From the NCBI GenBank assembly GCA_000004695.1, contig CM000151.3:6496001-6560000 (forward strand): a stretch of DNA of 64,000 bases, in the 5' to 3' direction. The position numbers were made by a program, and so were the translations under genes. Origin of the DNA: Dictyostelium discoideum. Its lineage: Eukaryota. Every line of letters starts with the position of its first letter. Position 1 is the first letter of the stretch. This document shows positions 17,190 through 27,951 of the stretch, piece by piece. The notes beneath the pieces were generated by a model, which ran no database searches, had not been told where the DNA came from, and saw only the letters and a list, made by a program, of their open reading frames with translations.

Positions 17190-20003
17190 GCTGTTGTTGT
17201 TGTTGTTGTTGTTGTTGACCTTCAACTTCATCTTCCCAATAATTTTGTGGTTGTTGTTGTTGTTGTTGTTGTTTTGTATTAATTACAGATTGTACAGAAT
17301 TGGAAGAAGTTGTTAATGAACCAGCACTACTTGTTGATGAATTTATGTTAGTTGTTGGTGATAGGGTTGAGGTTGTTTTATTATTAATTGCTAAACCAAA
17401 ATCACCAATTTTAATATCACCACATGAATCGAAAAATATATTCGATGGTTTTAAATCTCTATGAATGATACCTTGACCATGAACATATGCCATACCCTCA
17501 ACAATTTGTCTAAATAATTTCCAAATATCATCATCTTCTAAATTCATACCAGTTTCTGTTAAATTTCTTAAAATCTTTTGACAGTATTCCATCTGAATAT
17601 AAAGATATGGTATCGATGTTGATTTTTTAATATTCTTTAATTTGCTTGATGAAATTGATTTTTTACTATTACTTTTACTTTTACTTTTACTTTTACTCTT
17701 GCTCTTACTTTTACTCTTACTATTACTATTTTTTAATTTCTTTTGTTGTTGTGATTGATTTTGTTGTGGTTGTTTCTTTTGTTGTTGTGATTGATTTTGT
17801 TGTTGTTGTTGTTGTAAATGTTGATTACTTGAACCCATACTTCTAGTATTATTACCACCAATTTTATTATTTAAATCAAAAACTTCAAGTAGAAAGCCAC
17901 AATCTGAATGAAGGAATGAATAACTATCATCAGTTAAATCAAATTCTAATGATCTCTTATTACCATTTTGAAATAAGAATACCTCTGAAAATGATTGATC
18001 AAAATCATTATTCTCTTCTGATTCAAATTCAGAATCATCAGAATATTCACTTTCTTCACTTTCTTCACTTTCACTACTTTCACTACTTTCTTCACTTTCA
18101 CTACTTTCTTCACTTTCACTACTTTCACTTTCACTTTCACTTTGACTTTCTTCACTTTCACTTCCACTTTCAAACTCATCATCATCATCATCATCATCAT
18201 CAGAATTATCATTTGTTAATGATAAACTTTCAGCACTTTCAATCCAAGCTTGATAATATCTTACAACATGTTGATGATGTAATCTTGATAATGTTATTAC
18301 TTCTCTTAGAATTCTTCTATTCAATGATTGATTACTATCCAATTTAATCTTTTTAATTGCATAATATCTGCCATCTAATTTATTTCTAACTTTAACTACT
18401 TGACCAAACCCACCTCTACCAAGTAATTGAATCTCTTCAAAATCTGAATGATATCTAGATTGTTGATGAGGATTAATTGTTTTTTGTGATGATCCTCCTC
18501 CTACTCCCCCTCCTCCTCCTTCACCACTATATTCAAAAGTTGATGGTGATTTCTTTAAACCACTATTTTCATTAGTTTTATTTAAAGTATCCCAAAATTT
18601 ATTTAAAAAGTGACCAGAATTATTTGCTGCTGAATCAACATTATTCTTTAAATCACTTAATGAAATATCATTAAATTGTTTTAAAAAGTAATCTTGAAAT
18701 ATATGTTGATAAATTTGATTATCATTTGAATTATGCATATTTAATAATGATAAATGATTTCTATTAAATATACCCATTTGTACTAATTGTTCTCCCTATT
18801 AATTAAAATAAAAATTAATATTACTTCTTTATGTTTTTACAAAAAAAAAAAAATATATATATATTAAATATTACTTACCAATGTTTTAATATGATCATTT
18901 GTAATATTTGAATCATTTTGACAAAGTAAACGAAGTAAATGAAGTATCATAGTTTGTTGTTTATCAATTGTTTTATTATCAATACTTGAAACATTACTAT
19001 TATTTGTATTATTATTATTATTATTATTATTAAAATTATTAAAAGCATTATTATTATTATTATTATTATTATTTATTGAATGATCAATTGAATAATCTAT
19101 ATTTCTTTGTTGTTTTGATAATTTTGATTGTGGTCCATTTGTAAATTCATTTACAATTGTTTTCTTTCTTTCTTTTTCATATTGTGCTCTTTGAATACTT
19201 TTTTGAAGTCTATAATTCTTTCTATCCTCTTTTAATTGACTTTCTTCTAATGTTGATTCCCATTCTTTTTTAGTATCATTATTATATTGAAGTTGTAGTT
19301 GTTGTAATTGTTGTAATTGTTGTTGTTGTTGTTCATTCGTACTAATTTCAATTGATATCTTTTGTTGATGTGATCTGAAATCATGGTGGATCGATTGTGT
19401 TGGTTCGAAATTATTTTCATTTAAAAAGTCTTTGGCGATTTCACAAAGATCAAATATCATAATGTTACCGATTTTACCTTGAGATTCTCTTATTAACTTC
19501 TCCTCCAATTCTATTGCTTTCTTTTGTGGCAGTCCTTTGTTGACTAAAACTTGGATTGATGGTAACACAACTGGATATTTCTCGGGGAATCCCACCACTA
19601 AATAAATAGATACAAAACATTTCTCGTCATCCCCAACGTATGGTTTGATTGTAATTCTGAATCTTGCACTCTCTCTAATTGGTTTAATACCCTCGATTAT
19701 CGTATCCATATTCCTATTGATTATAATTGGATCCATTGTAATAAATTCGTCGTTGAATATAGCTTGTAACGCTTCCAACTCCATATCTTGTTGATCTTTT
19801 AATTGTCTAATCAATTCTCTATCTCTCTCTTTTTTCACCTTTTTCAATGCATTCTTTACACTTGATTTAGTTGGTAATTTAACTCCACCTTCTTCTTCAT
19901 CACTTGATAAAATATCTTCAATTAATTGTGCTGCTGCTGGTGGTGGTGGTGGTGGCGGTTGTTGCGACGGTTGTTTCGCCTTTTGTTTAGGTTTAGGTGG
20001 CAT
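14818..20003 (-). CDS. GCN2-type eIF2alpha kinase (RWD domain, protein kinase with a large insert, HisRS-like domain); 2 exons, about 1700 aa; IfkA/IfkB-like
   Basis: Exon 1 is 20003..18879 and encodes the RWD domain ([13 protein letters not shown]...[15 protein letters not shown]), ending at a canonical GTAAGT donor in phase 0. Exon 2 is 18795..14818, after the acceptor TTAATTAATAG. The kinase carries [42 protein letters not shown] and GTLFYTSPE, with a long acidic (SE repeat), poly-Q and poly-K insert. The C-terminal domain is HisRS-like (GGRYDSPL). Confidence 0.9.
17150..17290. repeat. (CAA/TTG)n coding microsatellite giving a poly-Gln tract in the GCN2 kinase insert
   Basis: A long TTG run on the + strand equals CAA codons on the coding (-) strand. 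Confidence 0.85.
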
Positions 20004-20611
20004 TTTGTTTTTTTTTTATTTTATTTCTTTTTTTTTTTTTTTTCTATATTTATATTTGTGAATATATATGTGTAAATGTAAGTATTTTAAAATTATTTTT
20101 TATTTAATTTTTTAAAAAAAAAAAAAAAGATTTATTTATTTTTAGATATCAAAAAATGTATAATGAGGGTGTGGGGTGTATTATATTAATTATATTTTTA
20201 TTTTATTATTATTATTATTTTTTTTTTTTTTTTTTTTGATGGGGTTATAACAGAAAAGGATTAAATAAAATGAAAAAAAAAATAAATAAAAAATAAAAAA
20301 TAAAAAAAAAAATATTTAAAAAAGAAATTAGTGAACTATATGTTATTTTATTTTTAATTTATATTTTTTAAAAAAAAAAAAAAAAAATAATAATAAAAAA
20401 AAAAAAATAATAAAAAAAACCAACACAACTGTGTTCTATGGAATTAAATTTAATGCATAAACGGAGTGTTTTTGGTAAATATTGTTGAGTATTTACAAAT
20501 TTGTCAAGTAAAAATTGAGTATGAAATTGTTACAATATTACTATACAATGTATTGATAAATTAAAAAAATAATCCCTATGAGAGTTTGTTTTTTTTTTTT
20601 TTTAAAAATAA

Positions 20612-20642
<31 letters not shown>

Positions 20643-20956
20643 CGTTAGTCTCCCAATGCCTTAAAAATATCTTTTTTTTTTTTTTATTTTTATTTTTATT
20701 TTTTTTTATTTTTAATTTTTTTTATTTTTTTTTTTTTTATTTATTTAATTTTTTTAATATTTTTTTTCATTCTAAAAATATCTTTGGATCTCCTAGAAAA
20801 AAAAAAAAAAAAAAATCGTCATTAAAATCCTTTTATTGTCAAAATTGATTCTTTGTTCTGTTCTATGGGTGGCAAAAAAAAAAATAAAATAAAATAAAAT
20901 AAAAAAAATAAAATAAAATAAAATAAAGAATTGATTAAAAAGAAATCAAAAATTTA

Positions 20957-22404
20957 TTATAACTTATTAAAAAAACCTTCAACATCAATTGAATTAATAT
21001 TATTACCATTTGAATCGTATGACATATCAATTTTCTAAATAATTAAATAAAGAAAAAAAAAAATAAAAAAAAAATAATATTAAAAATTAAAAAAAATAAA
21101 TAAATTATGAAAAAAAAAAAAATATTAGTAAATCTACATTTAAAATATTAAAAAAAAAAAATAAAAAAAAAAAATATTAAAAATTAAAAAAAATATACAT
21201 ACACTTAAAAATCTATTTAATTCTTGAGAAGGAATAAAAACAGTATTAGAATTAATTTTGTTGAAAAATTGTTTTTTTTCAGGATCAGTGGTTTTTGAAA
21301 TAGTGGATTGATCAATTTTAGCTAAACCTTCAATCATACCAATTACTTCATTCTCAATATTAATAACTGGACCACCACAAATACCCATTGGTGATGGATT
21401 TCTAGTTGAAACATAAAATCTTTCTGGTGATTCATCAAAGTGGAAAACGTATGGTGTTTCAATTGGTTTCATAATATTTTCACTTTCACTTATTAATTGA
21501 TATCCATATAATTTACCTTCCTATAATATATAATATAATATATAAATAAATGAGTATAATAAATATGATTATCAGTATTTTTAAGTCACAAAACTTACAT
21601 GACCTTCTTTTGGGAATTCATAATGTTCCAATTCCATAATAGTTGTGTGATATGGTAAATTGGTTTTATTGAAATCATCTTCATCAACTTTAAAAACAAC
21701 AAGATCTAACATTGGATGTAAATGGAATGGTGGTTTTAATGGGATAATATTAAGTAATTTACCTGTTTTTTGCTAATATGTATATAAATATTATATAAAT
21801 ACATAATTAATATTTTCAATTATATCAATTGATATATATATATTTTTCAAAATTAAAAAATATTTACATCTCTATATTCTAATTGAACTTTAATATTTTT
21901 TTCACCTAATGAATAAATCCAACTATATTGATCCTCTTTGTATAAATTTGGAAAATGAAATGGATGAGTGATATGTGCACAACTTATACAATATAAAGAA
22001 TTATTTGGTTTTGATAAGAGTCCTGATGGTGCTCTTGCTAAAAATGCAGTTCCTTTTGAAAGGTTTGTATAATCTTCAACACCACCTTCTGGATATCTAA
22101 AGAATGAACTAATTGTGAGAAGATCTGGTCTTTCAACCATTCTAAATTTATATGCTTCTGTAAGTTCATTATATTCTTCTTTTTGTTTTAAAGTCTGTCC
22201 TTTAAATTCTTCAGTATTCTTTAAAGGATTTAGATTTTTATTATTATTATTATTATTGTTATTATTATTATTTGAAGAAGTACTATAATTATTTTTAATA
22301 ATTGTTTGATTCACTATTATATTATTTGAACATTTTATAATTGAATTACTATTACTACACCTTAATGATTTATTTGCAAAACTAATTAAAGATCTTGAAA
22401 TCAT
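20957..22404 (-). CDS. Trypsin-fold (PA clan) protease-like protein with Cys at the nucleophile position and an N-terminal mitochondrial-presequence-like leader; 4 exons
   Basis: Exons are 22404..21868 (donor GTAAAT), 21773..21599 (GTAAGT), 21520..21203 (GTATGT) and 21034..20957, with consistent phases. The His box is CISCAHITHPF (compare the S1 TAAHC region). The Asp region is DLVVFKVD. The oxyanion/nucleophile motif reads GICGGPV, where chymotrypsin family members have GDSGGP. The N-terminus MISRSLISFANKSLRCS resembles a mitochondrial presequence. The track ORFs 21853..22527 and 21140..21472 are the two large exons, read through flanking poly-A/T. Confidence 0.6.
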
Positions 22405-22475
22405 ATTTAAATTATCTCGTTGCTGGGTTTTCGAGTTATTGAAAATGAAAAAAAAAAAAAAAAAATTTTCTTTTT

Positions 22476-22514
<39 letters not shown>

Positions 22515-23054
22515 AAATTGCATTCATTTTTTTTATATTTTATATCATTTTGTGTGTTTTTGAGTGCTCTATTTTTATACACTAAATCCATATAAAAAAT
22601 AAAAAAATTAAATAATTGTTAAAAAAAAAATAAATAAAATTAAAAAAATTAAAAAATGGAAAATAAAATGAAATTTCATTTTATTTTCCATTTGAAAAAA
22701 AAGGATTAAATAAAAAATATTTTCATTTTTTTTTTTTTTTTTTTTATTCTGTGTCCATGAAATTTAGGTTAACCCCATAATTTTTTTTATTTATATATTT
22801 ATTTTTATCACAAGTTATAAATATATATATTAAAACAATCAATAAAATGCATTAGGTTATTAATCCCCAAATACAAAAATAAATATTTTAATTTTTTTTA
22901 TCTATTTTTTTTTTTTTGTTTTTTTACACCACACATTTGTTTTTTTTTTTTTTTTTTTTATGTATTATAATGTCAAAAAGTTAATTAAGGATAAAAATAA
23001 AAATAAAAAATAAAAATAAAATAAAAAAAAAAATACATTAATTTTTTATTTTAA

Positions 23055-23086
<32 letters not shown>

Positions 23087-23311
23087 AACTTTTATTATCA
23101 TTATTAAATTTTTTTTTTTTTTTTTTATCATTAAAATTTAAAAATAGTATAAAACCATAATAATAATAAAGTTTTTATTTGTTTAAAAAAAAACTTTTTT
23201 TTTTTTTTTTATCATTAAAAAAGGAAAAAAAAAAAAAATAAAAGAAAAGAAGAAAAAAAAAAATAAAAAAAAAGAAAAGAAAAGAAAAGAAAAAGAAAAA
23301 GAAAAAAAAAA

Positions 23312-24862
23312 ATGACAACAATTGTTGAAGAAGAACCATTATTTTACATTGTTATGTTATCAATTGGATCATTTTTTGCACTTGGTTCAATTATAATAGC
23401 AGTTATATTAATACTTCAACATTTTATTCATTATAATAAACCAAATCACCAAAAGTATATTGTTAGAATTATTATGATCGCACCAATCTATGCGATTCAT
23501 AGTTTATTATCATTATTTTTCAAAAGACAATTTTGGGCATTATTTTTTGATATTTCACGTGACTGTTATGAAGCCTATGTTTTATACTGTTTCTTTAAAT
23601 TGTTAATTTGTTTCCTTGGTGGTGAAGAAGCATTGAAAGAATTATTAAGCAAAAAGGATACACAACCACTAACTTGGCCATTAGGATATTTCTTTAGTTT
23701 TACACCAAAAAAGAGTTTCTATAGATTATCACTGGGTTTAGTTTTACAATATGCAATCATAAAACCAACATTAGCAATTGTTGCAGCAATTTTATACTAT
23801 AATAATAAATATTTAGAAGGTGATTTTTCAATATCTCAAGGTTATTTATGGATTACTGTTATAAATAATATTTCAGTATTAGTATGTATAATTTTAATTT
23901 TTATTATTTTTATTATTTATTTTTATTATTTTTTAAAATTATTAACCTGATAATAAATTAATAATTAATTAATTAATTAATAAATTAATTAGATTGCACT
24001 TTACTTTTTAGTAATGTTTTATGAAGTATTTCAAAATGAATTATCACCACATAGTCCAATACTTAAATTTTTAGTGATCAAATCAGTGGTTTTCTTTTTA
24101 TTTTGGCAAACTGTTGTTATCACTGTATTGATATGGTTTGATGCATTACCAAAATCAGATGTTTATTCATCAGAACATATTGGTTACTTTATCAATGATT
24201 TCTTGGTTTGTATTGAAATGTTTATAACATCAATTGCAATGGGAATTTGTTTCTCTTATTCTGATTATGTTATTGATAAATCAACACATGATGAGATTTT
24301 GGGTAATGGTAAAAGAAGTAGTAGTAGAGGAATTGGTAGTAGAAGTGGAAGAAATATTAAAATCTCTTCAAAAATAAAAAATATTAAAAATAATTTCAAT
24401 AGATATAGACATAATATTGGTGATGGTTTATCAGATGTAAATAATCCAAAAGATATAATTTTAGATACAATAATGGTTGCAAAGTTAAATAAAAATAATA
24501 ATAATACAAACAATAATGAAATTAATAATGGAATAATTGATAATAATAATAGTAATAATATTGAAAATAATGGAAAAAGTAGAAATAATATTGAAAATAA
24601 TATAGATAGTCAAGATGTAATATTATTATTATTATATATATTTATTCATTTCTTTTTTAAAAATTAAATTTTAACATATTAATATTATTATTATTTTTTT
24701 TAGTATTTCAACTTTATAGATTTAAATACAAACGATAAAGAAAAACAAAGTAAATCAAAATATTTTAAGATTAAAATGCCAGATTCTGATCAATCATCTT
24801 TAATAAATCTTGATCAGTGTGAATCACCTTCAATCTTATATGGTTCATTAAATGGTGCTTCA

Positions 24863-24899
<37 letters not shown>

Positions 24900-25033
24900 T
24901 TAATAATAATAATAATAATAATAGTAACAATAGTAATAATAATAGTAATAGTCAATTTGAAAGTATAGATATAAATAGCAATAGTGTTAACTCAAACAAA
25001 AATCAAAGTGATGCTATATTATTTACTTTTTAA
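23312..25033 (+). CDS. TMEM184/OSTalpha-family (DUF300) multi-pass membrane protein; 3 exons (the third is tentative)
   Basis: Exon 1 is 23312..23881 with a GTATGT donor. Exon 2 is 23993..24616 after the acceptor AATTAG; the junction gives NNISVL|IALYFLVMFYEVFQNELSPHSPILKF, matching human TMEM184 [32 protein letters not shown]. Exon 3 is 24704..25033 after GTAATA...TTTTTTTTAG, in frame, adding an N-rich tail. If that last intron is not used, the protein ends at 24667. Confidence 0.75.
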
Positions 25034-25222
25034 AAAAAAAAGAAAAAAAAGAAAAATAAATGTATTATAAAATGTAATAAAGTATATACTTCAGTATATA
25101 CCATGTCCTTTGCCTCTTGTATAAATTTTTTTTTTTTTGTTTTTTTTTTTTTTATTATATTACTTGGTAGCTTTTTATTATTATTTATTATTATTATTAT
25201 TATAATTTTTATTATTATTTGA

Positions 25223-26277
25223 TTATTTCTTTTTATTTGATTTAGATCTAGATTTTGATTTTGAAATTAAAACTGGATCTCTACCTTGTTTAAATTCCTC
25301 AACCCAATGAAGAATCCATTTTCTATTTGAAACTGGAACTTGTAAATCTTTTAATTTACGTGAAGATGTTTCCATAAGATCTTCCCATTTTTCAAATAAT
25401 TCTACATGTTGATCACATCCTCTACCTATTTGTTTTAAGAAAGATTCAACAGTATATCCTCCTATTATTATTATTTATTATTTATTATTTATTATTTATT
25501 ATTTATTATTTTTTATTTTTTATTTTTTATTTATTATTAATTATTATTTAATTGTATTAGTATAAATTCAAAGTATATTTAAAAAAAAAATAGATTTTGT
25601 TGATAGTTACTTGGTTCAGTAAATCTGAAAAATGGGAAATAATTAGCATTTGTTTTTGATGGATCTTTGAAAGGGTCTTCATATTTAATTATTAAATTTT
25701 CAACAGTTTTTGGTGCTCTGAATGCTGGTAAAATTGGTTGATCAGTTGGAAGTGGAGTGAAATGAAATTGATCGGATGGATCAAAATCTTCTGATGCATC
25801 ATATGTAACACCCCAGGTTGGACGTTGGCTTTCTGATCTTTTAGTCGATAAAACTGTTTTTGGTGCAAGAAATTCCTTTTCTTCTTGTAAATGTCTTTCA
25901 CGTTTTCTTCTTTTTAAAAATGTTCTAAATTTTTCATCGGCTCCTTCATTTTCTTCGAAATTTTCATCGAAATCTTCTTCGAAATCTTCTTCGAAATATG
26001 AATTTTCTTGTTCAAATTTCTCTGGATCAAATTCTTTATTTTTTTTAGATTTCTTATTAAGTCCTAATAATTCTGCAAATTCATCATCATCGATGGTTTC
26101 TGTGATTGTTGCTTCAGTATCACTTAAAGTATTTTGAGATAAATCTTTTGAACTAAATGATCTATTATTTTTATATATGTTGTTGCTGTTGTTGAATAAT
26201 GATGATACTGCTACATTTGATGATATAATAGTATTTTTACTAATTATTCTATTACTTAAAATTAATCTTGAAATCAT
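25223..26277 (-). CDS. Hypothetical acidic protein with a mitochondrial-presequence-like N-terminus (possibly mitoribosomal or matrix); 2 exons
   Basis: Exon 1 is 26277..25611 and begins MISRLILSNRIISKNTIISSNVAVSS, followed by an acidic FEEDFEEDFDENFEENE stretch. The donor is GTAACT in phase 1. Exon 2 is 25461..25223 after the acceptor AATAATAATAG and encodes ...GYTVESFLKQIGRGCDQHVELFEKWEDL...KSKSRSKSNKKK*. No family could be assigned from memory. Confidence 0.5.
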
Positions 26278-26845
26278 TTTTTTTTTTTTTGTTTTTTTTT
26301 GATTTCACCCACAACGACTTTGTGTTGGTTTTTGAAATGAAAAAAAAGATAAACAATCAAAAAAAAAAAAAAATAAAAAATAAAAAATAAAAAAAAAAAA
26401 AATAAAAAAAAAGGTGAAAATAAATTTTCGAAAAAAAAAAAAAAATAAAAAAAAAAAACTAAACTATAAAAATTTTCGTTTTTTTTGATCAATTTTTTAT
26501 ATTTTTTTTTTTATTTTTATTTTTTTATTTTTATTTTTATATTAACTAAAAAATAGATTTAATTTACATTTTATTTTTGGTTTTTTTTTTTTTTATTTCC
26601 AAAAATGAATTTTTTTTTTTTTTTTCTTTTAGTTTTAAATAAAATCTATGGACTCTAGATATTTATTTTACAAAAATTCCTGATATTATAAACCTTCAAG
26701 TTACTAATGTGTCAGTGTCAGGGTCAGTTCAATTTTTTTTTTTAAACAAATCTTTTTTTTTTTATAATAGTCAATAAAAATGGTACTTTTTTGTTGGCTA
26801 TTTATTAAAAAATAATAAATTTAAATAACAAACGATAAGATTAAT

Positions 26846-26876
<31 letters not shown>

Positions 26877-26877
<1 letters not shown>

Positions 26878-26926
26878 TGAAACCACAAACAAGAATTTCC
26901 AGAAAATCCCAATCCACCCCAAAAAA

Positions 26927-26957
<31 letters not shown>

Positions 26958-26971
26958 CCTTTGGATTTACT

Positions 26972-27018
<47 letters not shown>

Positions 27019-27385
27019 AAATAGGACAATACAAGTGAACCAAAAAGCCTTTATTGATATTGAAGATGAAAAAAAGGAAAAACATAGATTGGTAGAAGCT
27101 AAAGGTAGAGGTAGAAGAATTAAATTATATGAAAAGTTGAATTTATTATTAAAAGATCTTGAAAAAAAAGTTGGTAAAGAAATTCCATCTGAAGTTTTAA
27201 TTATCAAAGAAGATCTAACAGATGATAGAAGAAAATTGAAATCAAACAAAAAGAAATACAACAACGAAGATATTTTAAGAAAAGTTCATGTACTAATTCA
27301 CATATCAAATTGTATCACTTCTAAAAGAAATTCTATTAGAGTTTCAATCAATGGTAAAAATATTGAAATTCCATCAACAACAACG

Positions 27386-27417
<32 letters not shown>

Positions 27418-27652
27418 GATATCAGATAATTACACAATTTCTCATTTTCCAACACCTCTACATTCACCAAGAGATATCGATGAACCAATATCACTTCCAG
27501 AATTACCAAGCAATGTTAACATCACAATCATTCATTCACCATTAAGTAGTGAATTAGAACAACTTGCCAACCTCTCAATATCTCGTCTTACACAACCAGA
27601 GCCAAAACATCAAATGTTTATTGATTTATACTTTTCCAGTTTTGATGTTTAA
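26877..27652 (+). CDS. Hypothetical Thr/Ser-rich protein; 2 exons (the ATG lies in a small first exon)
   Basis: The track ORF at 27035 begins with GTG and has no in-frame ATG. Exon 1 is 26877..26926 (ATGAAACCACAAACAAGAATTTCC...CCAAAAAA, then GTATTT). The intron is 98 nt and T-rich. The acceptor AATAAAATAG precedes exon 2, 27025..27652. Phase 2 is satisfied (AA+G=K). The product reads MKPQTRISRKSQSTPKKTIQVNQKAFIDIEDEKKEKHRLVEAKGRGRRIKLYEKLNLLLKDLEKK, then a poly-T stretch. Confidence 0.5.
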
Positions 27653-27774
27653 AAAAAAAAAAAAAAACAATTAATTTAAAATTAAAAATTAAATAAAAAA
27701 AAAAACTGTACATTTATAGTTTTAAAATAAAATTTTATTTTTTATTTACTTTTTTTTTTTTTATACAATATTTT

Positions 27775-27899
27775 TTAAATAAAATCAGTTGGTAAGTTAT
27801 TACAATAATTAGGATTTTGATTTGGATTTGAATTTGAATTTGAATTTGAATTTGAATTTGAATTTGGATTTGAATTTGAATTTGAATTATTATTATTAC

Positions 27900-27951
<52 letters not shown>

